62,603 nucleotides of DNA, filler included, from Rhabdomonas costata (GCA_019059605.1; 44 parts of 44 records of this genome joined end to end with filler, not necessarily neighbours in it), one strand, 5' to 3'. Shown: positions 37,995-51,147, counted from the first letter of the whole stretch. Translations and numbers: made by a program. Notes: generated by a model from the sequence alone, not told the origin.

Positions 37995-38520
37995 CTAATG
38001 AGAGCACGCATTTCCATAAGAAAAGAGGCGCAGGTAAAAACACGCAGTATCACCTGAACCAAAAGGAGCGGCATCACAGAGGTTCCAAAAACGCTGATGA
38101 GACAAGGCGGACCTACACGACAATGAATTCTGGGGGGAGGGAGGCTGAAAGCTGGGCGGGTGATGTCACACCAGGAAACAACAATAAATTTTCTGGATTC
38201 CCCCAATGTCTCATGGCGGAGGACACCGCGGAGATGGGCTAAAAGGTCAAGTGACAACCAGAAAATCACAGACCTTCATGAACATCTCCGAGCTGGTGAA
38301 TGTCACGCACAGCGAGGCGGCAGCACTACCGGAGAGCAGCGCCTCCCATCGAGTGAAAAAGATCTGTTAAGAAACACACCACANNNNNNNNNNNNNNNNN
38401 NNNNNNNNNNNNNNNNNNNNNNNNNNNTTAATTAATTAANNNNNNNNNNNNNNNNNNNNNNNNNNNNNNNNNNNNNNNNNNNNGTGGTGGGTGTGTTTGG
38501 TTGGTTGTGTCAGCACATAC

Positions 38521-39209
38521 TGAGCCAAGGTTTCTTCGATGGCGGTGTCCACCATTGGCACCGTGCCCAGCTTAGTTCGCTGCACATGAACAGGCATTCC
38601 TGGCCGGGCAGTGCCTGGGAAAAAACATAGAAGGCGAAGTGGTCGCAAAACGACACACCCTAGGATAATTCCGAAACGAAGGGCGAAAATATCTCCCACA
38701 TGATTGTTGAAGAGAGATCTGAGACTAGTGCACAATAAAGTACAATAGAAACTTTCCGCCAAGTGGTGGGGTGCATTTCAAATGATAACAAGGGAAATTT
38801 TTATGCCGCAGAATGGCAGTCAGCCGTTAGCGTTGCCCAGTGAAACCACGAAATGACAAAATTACGACACTATTCTCTCTTCATGAGCCTTTCTGATCTG
38901 CGCCAAAAAAATGCGCCAAGCCTCAACCAATGGAAACTTTGCCGATGAGACTTTCGGACTGCGAATGCACAAGTCTGGAGCTCCCGTAGACAAATCACAC
39001 CTCGGAACCCCTTGATTGGACTTTTTAGACGAGCTGGGTCAGACTAGGGGACATACGGACGCCCTTGGGAAAGTTGATGTTGTGCAGGCAGTGGCCATAG
39101 GAATGCACCGCGAGGTGCCGCATCAGCTGCTGGACATAAGCCTCGCGGTGGCTTGGAGTCTTGCACGTCTGGGCCACCCACGCAGCAGGCACTCCGCGCA
39201 TCTTTTCCG
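38521..39209 (-). CDS. Alpha-1,3/4-fucosyltransferase (GT10), two exons
   Basis: AAWVAQTCKTPSHREAYVQQLMRHLAVHSYGHCLHN matches the GT10 pattern W..SNC...R..YV..L....VDSYG.CL.N. The next exon, 38614-38521, ends EETLA, just before the expected YKFYLAFEN. Confidence 0.8.
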
Positions 39210-39685
39210 CTGCGAGAAAAAGGCGGTTGCGCTTGTGATTCATTTCTGTTCTGTCCGTGTTTCTGATGTGTGGTAGTCGCTTATCTGCAAGTGGAAAAAT
39301 ACGAAATGGGTGCTCCTGCATATACTGGGAACGGACGTGCGAGGCTAGGCTGAACCGACAGGATGAGGGTGCTGATTACTCTGAATCAGACGTTCAAGCC
39401 CAGAAACAATAAACGATGAATAAAGATGGCATTAGTTCTGAAAGCAACAGCGTGATGCCGCGCACGCACCGGCAGGAACGGGAGGGTCAAAAATTCGGTC
39501 AAGAGATGGTCCAAACCTGTAGAGGCAAAACGAACTGAAGAACACAGGTTTTTCCAAACATGAGCTGTGTGTGAAATTACAGTAAGGAGTTCTTCAAGGA
39601 GCTTCAAGCGAGAAGCAATGTAATGAACTGTAAATGAGGCAATTAGCAGAGCCTCAATGGATTGATGGGTTTGTCGGGAGGAGGA

Positions 39686-39803
39686 GGGTTCGCAGGAAGG
39701 TTGGACAGTTTGTAGCAAATGCTCTGATTCCTGTGTGCTGTCATTATCTTCATCAGTGCACTTGCAATCGAAACTGGTAGATGGCCAACCTTCCTGCGAA
39801 CCC
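39686..39803. repeat. Contig-terminal inverted repeat (19-bp perfect arms)
   Basis: GGGTTCGCAGGAAGGTTGG (39686-39704) pairs with CCAACCTTCCTGCGAACCC (39785-39803). Confidence 0.9.
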
Positions 39804-40132
39804 ACCCCNNNNNNNNNNNNNNNNNNNNNNNNNNNNNNNNNNNNNNNNNNNNTTAATTAATTAANNNNNNNNNNNNNNNNNNNNNNNNNNNNNNNNNNNN
39901 NNNNNNNNTTGTTTTTGTCTGTTCGTCTGCAACTGCCGTGCTGCGCCTTTTTGAAGTGAGCGTTTCTTTTTCTGTTCGTGATAAACGCTCTGCCGCTTGG
40001 CTTTACATGGATAAAACTGGGTCATCTTATAGGTATAGCTTCCTTGATTTACGTATATCGAGGCCGGCTGGTAATTGTTGCAACTGTGGCCTCCTGGGAG
40101 CTAAGGCAGAGGCATTTCTTGGTTGCCCTCAG

Positions 40133-40495
40133 ATTCATTCTGGAACGGCGATGTACGGCTGGCCCAACACTCGCGAGCTGATGACGACACCGGACTCTCA
40201 ACAGGGCTTCGGATTGATTCGGGTGGATTCCGTGCTGAAGTTCGAGGACTCTTCGTTCGACCTTTACATCCTCAACAATGCCACCCTGCACCACCGGCAG
40301 CGGTGGACTCAGTGCCTGAAGGTCACCAAGCCAGGGGAGATTAAGGCGACCCTGACGTGGATCGACCCCGTCCCAGCAGTGGGCTCCTTCCGGGCCACAG
40401 TGAACAACCTGGACCTCACCATGGACAGCCCTGGGCTGTTCTGGAAAGGAAACAGGCACACAACAGACTGGGATACCCTCAATGTCGTGGAGCAG
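40133..40495 (+). CDS. S8 subtilase (KP-43/TagC-like) C-terminal beta-barrel exon
   Basis: ctcag| ...QQGFGLI...KATLTWIDP...VNNLDL...GN...DTLNVVEQ |gtctga. Confidence 0.85.
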
Positions 40496-41385
40496 GTCTG
40501 AGCTTCGCCTGCGCCACCCCCCGCTGGAAAGTTTTGCTCATCGCTGTTTTTTTGTTCTGAGGTGAATCATCAAGACGATGAAGACTATAAACTCTTTGTT
40601 TTGTGTGTGTTTGGTTCTACTCACCGCGGACGCCCAATCTACTGAGAATTCCCACCACCACCTCGTCCGTTCTCAGCTTCTACCCCTCCTCTCTTGGTGT
40701 GCCAGCTCTTGCATTTCCGAACTGTCGAACTGTCGGACCTCCCCCCCTTCCGAGCAGTTGCGTATCAGCTGTGTTCAAACCTGATGATGGACTCTCTAAC
40801 CTTTTCTCCTGAATATTCTTTACTCCACGTCTGACAACAGAACTATAGGACCCTCCGCGTGAGCACCCAGGCTGCGCGCTTCATAGGTTAGGGGCAGCTT
40901 TTTTTTCCATCATGGCTCTCCTTCACGTGTGTGTTTGTGTGTGTGTGTGTTTCTTTTCCGTCTTTTCATCGCACAAGCACACACAAACGCCAACAAACAG
41001 GCACAGTCCCTAAGTCAAAGAAGAAATTCTGCCCCTTTTTATCTCCATCGAACCTTTTTCTGGTCTTGAAAATTTTCGAAGGGGGTGTCCGCTACCTTCT
41101 CCATTGCACATCAGTTCGTGAAACGTCTGAGATGCAGCACCAAAAACAAACAATGTACAAGAAGGAATGGGGATAAACAAGCAAACAAGAAATAGAATGG
41201 CAAACCAGTGCAAACGATGAAACAAACCACAAANNNNNNNNNNNNNNNNNNNNNNNNNNNNNNNNNNNNNNNNNNNNTTAATTAATTAANNNNNNNNNNN
41301 NNNNNNNNNNNNNNNNNNNNNNNNNNNNNNNNNTTTGTGTAGGTAGGCTTTGTAGATTCTTGTTTCGCCCATATTACTAACGCAC

Positions 41386-42631
41386 CTGCTCCAGGCGCTC
41401 GACCCGCTCCTCCCGCTCGACGAGGGCCCGGCCTGCACCCTCGATGGTGTCCATCACTTCACCCAGACGGTTTTCATACCGCTGCGCAGGAAGAAAACGG
41501 GAATAAAGAGTCCTCTAAACACAAGCAAAGAGTCTCTGGGAACATGGGGGGACAGACGCATTTACAATTCTTTTTTCGCACTGCATCTTGCGCTGCTCAA
41601 AAAAAAAAAGGAAAGGCAAAGCCGCGGCCTACAATCGGCGAACGAAGGGTGGTTCATAGCAATCGTACTCCGCGAGGGGGGAGAGAGAGTATGAAAAAAC
41701 TCTTACGATTCAAAGAGGTTGCTTTTCGCCTGCGGTATGGTCTGCAGACATTGTCCTTGTCACCTCAAAAGAGACTTTTTACTCGAAAAAATTACGGACT
41801 TGTGGAGCGAAAAGTAGCAAAGAAAACGCCTAACAGCTCAAAATAAGTGCGTTGTGGGCCTTCTTTTTCTCTTTTTGACCTGACGCGGAGCATATTTTGC
41901 GAACGCTTCAAGTGCGGCTACACCAAGGTTTCCAGATTTTCCATCCACTTAACGATTGGATAAATTGCTGGAGGGTGCAAGAATCCAGGTTTGTTAGCAA
42001 GTGGTTAAGGGCAGTAAGGATACGACAAACCCTATCAAAGCCCAGCGTCCAATGTCTGGCACACCGGGGAGTGGAAGAATTGGAGGGATGGAAGAGCAGG
42101 AAGAAAGCAAGATACCACGAGGTCACTGCACCTCTCGCAGGACGTTACTCTTTCAGGAACCGCGCTGAAAAAATGCAATGAGTGCACAAGCAAAAGTGAA
42201 TTATCATTCATTTGAATCACACCACACACAGAGAGCGGTGTAACGGGGGTGGGGATGAGCAACTGCAAAGTTAAAATAGACTCGATAAGAATCACGGCAG
42301 AAAGTTCGAAGTGAGGAGTAAGCCCCACTGCCACGCATAATATCTAACAGCCACAGCAGAGCGTTATAGGTGGGATCGTCACCGTAGGCGGATGCAAAGC
42401 AAACATTGTGTGTTGCAGGTGCACGTGCATAATGTGCAACACTGCCACAGTGAATTCTCACGCTCCCCTGCGACCTTAATACTCACCTTTCGTAATCCAA
42501 TTCAAAAAAGACAAAATAGAATCAATCAAAAAAAAACAGAAAAGCTCAAGGGTGGCATACGCGTCGGTCTGAACTTCTGCGGTGGCTCGTCGAAGCGCTG
42601 CTTCGGCAGCAGCAGCTTCACGCTCCTTAAC
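41386..42631 (-). CDS. Coiled-coil protein exons
   Basis: Exons 42631-42561 (VKEREAAAAEAALRRAT) and 41481-41386 (RYENRLGEVMDTIEGAGRALVEREERVERLEQ), both AG/GT-bounded. Phases imply at least one unidentified exon between them. Confidence 0.45.
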
Positions 42632-45600
42632 CTAAAACAACAGAAAGTCATAAAGTCNNNNNNNNNNNNNNNNNNNNNNNNNNNNNNNNNNNNNNNNNNN
42701 NTTAATTAATTAANNNNNNNNNNNNNNNNNNNNNNNNNNNNNNNNNNNNNNNNNNNNTGTGGGGGTTGGCCTCAAATGGCTTGAATTGGGTGGGGATGTG
42801 TGGAGCCTTGCTGGGCGTGGCCCTGCTAGCCGGAGGGAAGTCGCCCATCTCCCCTTTACACTCTCTGTGGCTTGGGGATCTCGAGGTCCTTCCATCCCCA
42901 TCCATCCTCCAGCGTTGCCTACCTTGTGGCAAGTCGGTGTGATATATAAAATTGCCGCACCCTTGCCTCCCGTATATCCTTTTTTCCCTGCCTGCTTTGT
43001 TTCTTTAGTGGTGTCCATCGAAGCCAGAGGAGGTCGGCCAGTCCCTCGTTCTCTTTCATTTTTGTGGGCGCCCTCCTGCTTTCGTGGTATGTGCTGGGGT
43101 TTTGGTCCCCAGCTCTTGCTCAGAGCTGCAACATCGCACCCTCACTTTCCTTCTTTTCCTCTTTGTTTTCCATTCGAAACACCCTGGCGAAAAATCCATC
43201 CCCCTGCAGGTGTTCACGGCGGTGGATGGACTCTTACCCAGCTACGATTCTGCCTGGCTACCAGGCATTCGATCGTTTTGAGCGAAACACTGGGTCCAAT
43301 TCAGAATGGATGAGAGCATGAGCAAGCGCATGGATTTTTCAGGCCTTCAGTCCCAATGTTGTGGCCCCAGAAAGGCAGACCACTTCCACTCAATAGGCGG
43401 TCCTTCTTCAGTTTCGGTGGCTCTATCCGCAACTTCGAAGAGTGGGGTTTCTGCTCCGCAGGGCGAATCAAAGACCTATGGTTGGGCGTAGCAAAAAAGC
43501 TCTCATCCGCATAGCACCATATTCGCCACGTGTGGGTCACCACGTTTTGTAGTCTTTTAGCTGACGGGTCCGCTTCCACATCTCGTTTCCAGGCTGCAAA
43601 CTTGCCTTTTACCTGCCTTTACCTGCCTTCTGTCTTTCGTTTGTGCGTTCGTGTGTTCGTTCGTTCGTTCGTCAATTGGGGCGCGTGTGGTACTTGGTAG
43701 TGAGGTGTCCCAAAGGGCATGGCGCCAGTGGTGCCCGTTGGTGGGAGTATTGATGTGGAACGTTGTTCTTTGGACAGGTTTTCATCCATAGTGTTTGTCT
43801 CCGATCCTTCGTGCGCTTTGCACTTCCTCTCCTCTGCTCTCGCTCCTCCCTCCCTCTCTTTCACTTTTTTACTTGTGTGCATCCTTTTGAGCGTCTCATC
43901 CACGATGGCGCAGGGTATTTTGGATATCAACAAGCCCATCCGCTACTGTGAGGATTGGGCTGTGGGAATTCCGTTGATCGATTCACAGGCTCGTCACGCC
44001 CTTTCTGAAGCTCTGATGCTAATTTGTCCTTCTCAGTCTCGAGCCCGTCGTCCAACAACCTCTGAATATCAATATCCTCAACNNNNNNNNNNNNNNNNNN
44101 NNNNNNNNNNNNNNNNNNNNNNNNNNTTAATTAATTAANNNNNNNNNNNNNNNNNNNNNNNNNNNNNNNNNNNNNNNNNNNNACACGGAGCTCGCGTGGT
44201 GCAAGAAGCACCGCAAGGAGCGCAGGAGGGCGTAGTTTGCGAAGGCAGTGAGGGCGCGAAAAAAAGAAGCGGGTGGAAAGGAACCATACCTGAAGTGCAG
44301 AATTGCACTTCAGGATGGAAAGTGGGTTCTTTGGGATCAGTCTCGAAATGCAATGGAAGAAAGGGATTGGCTTCCTGCTGTGATTCGAAGCCATTACCTT
44401 GGAGGAAACCTACCGCTTCGTAAGGTACCTGTTGTTGAGCGCAGCGGTTTTCAAAATGCAAAAAAAAATGGTGTGGTGTTGGACCGAAAATGGGGAGTGT
44501 GTATGGCAGAAGTTGCACCCCACAGTGCGGTGCCACCACTGATGTGGTGTGCGGGTGTAACGCATGGTGTTGTATGTGTCCGCAGGGCACACTCAAAAAG
44601 CTTCAACCCCCACCGACCGACGAAACTGCACTCGCAGTCAGGCTATTTTTCGGACATGAAAGCTGAAACAGATGGTGAAAAAATGGGTCGCTCACTAGAG
44701 GTGTTTTCGTTTCTTTCTTTGGCCAGTGCTTTGCTTTGTGTTTCTTCCCTTGCCCACCCAGCGGCGAAAGGCCATTTTTCGTTCTTACGCTTAGATAAAT
44801 AACGTCTTGCGGGACCTCTGCGGATGATGCAACCCACCTCTTGGGTTTGTATTCTTAGCGGTTTTCGGCGTTTTCTTAACCGATCATTTGTTTGTTTCCG
44901 TTTTTTTGTTGAGGCTGATGGTTGCGCTGAGCGATCGAGCAGCATCTGCTTTCGGTTTTGCGTTAAGGGAGGGGGTGGGCAGCGATCCTGGCAGCGACGA
45001 CTAAAAACTTTATCGAGATGGGAACTTCGGAATGCCAGCTCGCCAGCCCTGAAATAGCCACACTCACCTCAGTTCAGGTCCATCACACTTCTTGTCCTTG
45101 TGAAGAGCACAAATGAATGAAAGACCTGGGATTTTACTTTCGCTTACTTCTCCCCCCCCCCTTTATCAGGTGTCTGTGTGCTCTCTTTTGACGTACTCTT
45201 CTTTTCTTGTTCCTGAGGGGTGCGTTTTTTTAGCTTACCTCTCCAACCTACTTTCGTGCCCGGAGCGTGTGCCTTGCCTGTGCTTTTACCTTTGCCTTGC
45301 TCTGTTCTTTTTTTTTTGCCTCGCTTCCGGTTGATCACTTGAGCCTGTGTGCGTGTAGGGCGTAGTTTTGAACGAGTGGTCATACTTCCGCAATGCTCGG
45401 CCGCAAGCTCTCCGTGCCTTCGCAGAAGGCCTCCTCGGAACCCTCCTGCAGCGCCTTAGGGGTGTGCTCACCTGTGGTGGTGCAGTCCGCTGAGGGGATC
45501 ACCACAANNNNNNNNNNNNNNNNNNNNNNNNNNNNNNNNNNNNNNNNNNNNTTAATTAATTAANNNNNNNNNNNNNNNNNNNNNNNNNNNNNNNNNNNNN

Positions 45601-46065
45601 NNNNNNNGGGTTGTTTTGAATCGTCACCCCTGCCGTTACTCTGAAAATTTAGTGACAATTTATTTTGGGCGGCGGGGGGGGGGCGTTCAACGCCTAACAC
45701 TGTTACCGTTGAACGCCCACCCCCACCCCCATATACAACCGCCCAATGACTTTTAAGGTGGCAGTATATTTTCCAGGTGAAGATGGCGTGGAGGCGGTCA
45801 CCACCGCAGCAATCGACCACACTTACACATCCGCAGCATACAATTTTGTCAGAATTGTGCCCAACCAACTGCCCTTCCTCACAATGGATGATAATGTCCC
45901 AAAGTGGAGCATTCGTAAGTTTGTTCGATCTCACCACTTGCTGGCGGTAAGATTGCCATCAGGATTCCAGTGCTAAAAAAAAGTTGGTGAAATACGAGTC
46001 TACTCGGTCTACTCGAAAAATGGGGGGAAACGTGTGTGTGTGTGTGTGGGTCTCATGGAATTCAC

Positions 46066-46920
46066 CTCGACGCGGCCACTGGCAGCCGCGAGCTTCAGGG
46101 CAGTCTGCCCATCGCTATCCTGAGCATCCACCGCCGCGCCACACTGCACCAGCTTCGCGCAGACCTACCCGTACAGAAGCCACAAAAGAAAGTCTGGAAG
46201 AGGAGGTGTGAGATGACTTTTCCAAAGAGCAAAGGTGAGCGCAGTTCTGACCAGGCTGCGCCGAGCTGCAGCGCCAGAGGAAGACCGCCGTCTTTCAGTT
46301 TCAATTTCGGTCAGTATGGGGTCCTCACGGCTCCTGAGATTCGGTCTCCCACCAACGGCTCTTGTCAAGTAAAATTGTGAATCTGTTTGGGGGCGGGGTA
46401 GTTCACAGATACTATTGGTACCCCAGTTCGCCTGTGCAGTGAATAATCCTCCAGTGGTTGATACAAAAATTCGGACAGGACGAGAGGGGAATGCTTGAAG
46501 CTGGTGATTTGCAGGTAGTTAGGTTGTGATGCTCGTGTCCCCAGGGATTCCCATAGAAGCTTTTGCAGGAAAATACAGAGCGGGACATGGTTTTAAGGAT
46601 AGAAGATGATTTCTTCGCTGCGCTCCATAGTCCAAGTTCCTAGGTATTTAACGCTCGACTGCTCACAATGCCCCCTCCATTACTTAACAAGACTCTACAC
46701 CACCGCTGCCGGTTCAGTCAAATATCCGCCCTAACCCTCACAACAATCGGTATAACGAAAACTTTTTATAAAGATAGTAAAAAAACACGTTCGATCAGAG
46801 GGGGGAGGGGGAGGCACTCACCCCAGGGCTGCCACTGGCAGCTGCGAGGATCAGGGCAGTCTGCCCAGCGTTGTCCCGAGCATCGACCTCCGCGCAACAC
46901 TCCACCAAATATGCGCAGAC
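46066..46920 (-). CDS. Ankyrin-repeat protein: two 99-nt exons, one repeat each
   Basis: 46920-46822 VCAYLVECCAEVDARDNAGQTALILAAASGSPG and 46164-46066 VCAKLVQCGAAVDAQDSDGQTALKLAAASGRVE; both are flanked tag|...|gtga in phase 0. Confidence 0.9.
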
Positions 46921-48809
46921 CTACAAACCACANNNNNNNNNNNNNNNNNNNNNNNNNNNNNNNNNNNNNNNNNNNNTTAATTAATTAANNNNNNNNNNNN
47001 NNNNNNNNNNNNNNNNNNNNNNNNNNNNNNNNCTGGACAGTCGCCCGGTTGTATTTGTGGCAAGGCAATAGGGGCTTCCTATCGGTTCTTTCATTTACAG
47101 ATACAAACGATTTTTGTGGCTTTTTTACTTTGACATTGCCAACTTTTTTCATGTGCACATCCTCAATTTTTAACGCACACGTGGGCTGGCTTTCCTTCAT
47201 TATTTATTATGCGGCTTAAACAAGTGTGTACACCTCAACACTCGTGTCATCAACCTCTGATGTCATCTCGCCCCTCTTTTTTTAATGTGCTTGTCAGTAC
47301 TTCGAGGTGACTCCCTCTTTGCCCTTCTGGGCTGGCAAGACAAACTCGCATTTTGATTGGTTTTTTGTGGCGCTTTCACATTTGCCTTCCGGCGATGTTA
47401 TGGAGCAAAATGTTGGGGCTGCTGTGGCAAGGCTACCTTCCTTTTGCTTTTGCAGTTGTCTTTTTCATTCTCTCTTCCCCTCCTCTTGCCCACAGACATT
47501 CTTCCCTCCTCTGCAAAAAATTTCCCCACAGTTAATTTTTTCAGAAATGCATGAGGAAAGCTGCCTGACCACTCGCGTGACCACACCGCTCCCAATCAAC
47601 TGTACCATTTCTTCCGACGTGCCCCTTCTCTCCCGCTCGCGTCGAGTCCAACGCTGTCTCCTCACTCCTTCCCCTTCTCGTGCTTCCCTTTCCTTGGACA
47701 AAGCGAGCCATTGTGCTGTGGTAACCACTGAGTCTGACCATTGGGTGTTCTGATTACAATTGGCGTCCATTTCACCGATTAGGGTGCGCTCCTTCTTTTT
47801 TGTTAATTTTGATAACTTTCCCAATTTCATTCCATTCAGCAGCCGGGCAGCAAAACACGCCTTGATCATGACTTCGGCCCAAGCTTCACTTAGGCCGCGG
47901 TAAACTCTGTCATGTTGTGAATTGCGGATTTGTGCATCAGCGTGGTACCCGCGGCTCCTCTGTGTTCTCTCTGTTCGGAGCTTCACAACACTCATGTCAG
48001 GTTTTTCCACCGCCTCCAGGGCAGCCTTAATTTCGGTCCCATCTTGCAGAGGCCTCTATCTGGAAATGCCTGGAAAAGTGCGTTTATTTTATTACCTTTG
48101 CGGAAACCTCAGGTGCAGAGGCGCCCTCCCCCCCGCTTCAGCCCGTCGACTGTTTTCCCGGGCATCAATACGCTAAGTCCAGTAATCCAAAGGCGTCAGC
48201 TCCAAGGGCTGGTCCATTGCGTGTTTGTGTTGCACGGGCGTTTCGATGCAGTTGCTCTTTTAGGGCGCTTTGGGGTGTTTATGTGTGTGTGTGCAGTGTG
48301 GGTTTGGCCTTTCGGAAATGCTGGAGCCTCCCCCTGCGCTCTTCCCCCCCAACCAACNNNNNNNNNNNNNNNNNNNNNNNNNNNNNNNNNNNNNNNNNNN
48401 NTTAATTAATTAANNNNNNNNNNNNNNNNNNNNNNNNNNNNNNNNNNNNNNNNNNNNGTGTGTGGGTTGCGCCGATGCTGCATTGGAGGGGTGGGGTTTT
48501 GTTCAGGGGTTTGCTCAGGGGTCTTGTTCCCTTCCGTGTATTTTTCGATTGTTTTGTGCCGAGCCTGCTGTCTCACCAAACCCATCGGCCCCCCTCTCCC
48601 CAGCGAGTTTACGTGTCCCGTGTGACGCTAGTCCTCCGCGGCCTTCAGATGTTGAGTGGAAAGGGAATAGGACAAGCGATGAAAGTGAAGTTGAGAAAGT
48701 CGGTTTTTGTTCTAACATGCCACCGTGTGTTTGCCATTTTCCTTTCGGTTTCTCTGATTCTCTCTCTGTGTGTTGCTTTTCTGGCTCTACTGTGCTGTGT
48801 TTTCCCCAG

Positions 48810-49756
48810 CGCTGGCGATCATGTCGACGCACGCGATCATCGCGCTGGGGTTCTGGTGGGGTGGGCAGCTGATGGCCAACCAGGAGATCACCTTCAAGGC
48901 TGTGATCCGGTGCTTCTTCGCGATCTTCCTGGCGTCTTTCGGGATCGGGGACAGCGTCTCCGTTGCGGGGCAGATTGCCAGCTCCCGCGCTGCGGTTTCG
49001 TTTCCGCCCACCCCGTCCCACCCGTCGCATTCTCACTGCGATTCTCTCAGCCTCGAGCTCCCCAGGGAAACAACTACCAACCAAACTGCAACCTGTTGGT
49101 GCTCAGTGGGTTTTTTGTGTTTACCGTGAGATTTTGGTGCTAAGATTTGTTGATAGGCTGGAGCATTCTTGCGAAAGCGTTGCGGGCAGCTCTGGCGATG
49201 CGACCACCGTGGTTGTGTGTGTTATTCTATATGATGCGGTGTAAGGCTGTTCGACGACATACATCCGTGGTAAGGCACCGCTCCAAATAAATTTGTGCCA
49301 AAAGTAATCGTGCAGCCCGTCTGACACCTTAGTTTCCTCAGGATAACTGTCGTAATTGAGGATTTATTGGCTCATATGGCATCCCCAGGAACCCTTTTGA
49401 TGAGGTTGGGTGCAAGGTGATTCTGCCTCTCGCTGTCCTTCGTGCGTGTGCCTTTGTATGGACTTGTGCATGTTACTCAGGCTGAGAGAGTACTGGAGGT
49501 TCTTGATCGTCCCACCTCCATCGATCCGCGGCAGAGAGGCCGGCGAGGACCGCCCAGCTCTGAAGAGGCTGCGAAGCCGTCGGGGGGCCAGGCGTCGGCC
49601 TCGGCCTCGATGCCCACGTGGAGCGGGGGTCTGGAGCTACGTGACGTGTACTTCGCATATCCTACCCGCCCGAAGGCCTTTGTGTTGCGCGGGATGAATC
49701 TCCCACTGCCTGCGGGCAGCTATACCGCCCTGATCGGGGTCACGGGCTGCGGAAAG
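48810..49756 (+). CDS. ABCB/MDR-type ABC transporter, end of TMD and start of NBD
   Basis: Exon 48810-48994 (ALGFWWGGQLM...FFAIFLASFGIG) and exon 49481-49756 (LELRDVYFAYPTRP...ALIGVTGCGK, Walker A), phase 0 GT-AG. Confidence 0.92.
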
Positions 49757-49898
49757 GTCCGCTGAGGCCCCCCAACCCCACANNNNNNNNNNNNNNNNNN
49801 NNNNNNNNNNNNNNNNNNNNNNNNNNTTAATTAATTAANNNNNNNNNNNNNNNNNNNNNNNNNNNNNNNNNNNNNNNNNNNNTTGTGTGGTTCAACGG

Positions 49899-51147
49899 GT
49901 GGAGGCGTGCAAGGCTTTTCAGTCTTTCCTCTGGTGCTTGTGTGCGTTATGCAAAGGGAGCTGCGAGGCAGTCTCTCTCTTTAGAGCGGCTTCTTGACCA
50001 CTTTGGGGTCACTATGCAAACCAAAAGAAGGGGAAGGGGTTACGAGCTTTTCAAGGTGGAACCTGGTGTCTTGACTTCTGCGGGCTCGCGGCCTCGGGCT
50101 CTGCTTATTCAAGGGGGCGGGCTGGGGGCGACTCTTGCTACCCTTTCTGCCTCTCTCCTCACTTCAAGCAGGCTGCGACTTACTCAGCACTTACGCAGCA
50201 ACAGTGCAAGCACATCAGAGGAAGTCTTTGTAATCGAGCAAGTATCGCAAATGGAACCTGTAACCGTCCAGATTACCAAGATGTTCCACATCCATAGACG
50301 GAGGATAAAAGTCACGTACGTGTGACACAGACATTTTCCAGAGGTTTCCAGAGTGCCATTTTGTCAATGGTCAGCGGAGGCAGAAGTTGAAGCTCATCCA
50401 TTTGTTAGCCAGCTCCTGGCCAGGCCATGGGTAAGGCTATACATCAATAAGCCGGGCGATAAGGCGAGAAGAGAAGGTCCAGGTGAGAGATGGAATGCCA
50501 GCAGAGAGACATTGAAGAAAACCCCTGGCGAGGCGGAGAGCCAGGCCAATGGATGGAAGTCACGTGGAAGGAGGTATCCAGCACACAACCCGACCGCATT
50601 GTAAATCCACAGGGTTCCTGAGGAAGAAATTTGCATACTCACAGTTCTTCCGAGTTTTTAAAGGTCAGTCAGATTTCAATAATTCTTCCTGAATACCCTG
50701 GTGCCCATGCTCCAGGAACTACGAGAATTACAGAGAAGTCCTTGTTTAGGTTTATTTATTTATTGAGTTTATTGAATTTAGTGTCCTTTAATGAAGAAGT
50801 AACATAAAAGGTCGCTTTTTATTTCAAGTGGAGGCGTGCAAGGCTTTTCAGTCTTTCCTCTGGTGCTTGTGTGCGTTATGCAAAGGGAGCTGCGAGGCAG
50901 TCTCTCTCTTTAGAGCGGCTTCTTGACCACTTTGTGGTCACTATGCAAACCAAAAGAAGGGGAAGGGGTTACGAGCTTTTCAAGGTGGAACCTGGTGTCT
51001 TGACTTCTGCGGGCTCGCGGCCTCGGGATCTGCTTATTCAAGGTGGCGGGCTGGGGGCGACTCTTGCTACCCTTTTTGCATCTCTCCTCACTTCAAGCAG
51101 GCTGCGACTTACTCAGCACTTACGCAGCAACAGTGCAAGCACATCAG
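49899..51147 (+). repeat. 320-bp direct repeat pair (49899-50218 and 50828-51147)
   Basis: The copies align without gaps; I counted 5 substitutions. Confidence 0.92.

Noticed and set aside
39057..39063. A further GC donor in the GT10 gene (aag g|gcgtcc)
   Set aside because: An equally phased GT donor (c|gtatgt) lies 6 nt downstream, so GC is not required.
49899..51147. Interpretation of the 320-bp repeats as LTRs of a TRIM
   Set aside because: TG...CA ends are present, but no primer-binding site, polypurine tract or target-site duplication was found in either orientation.
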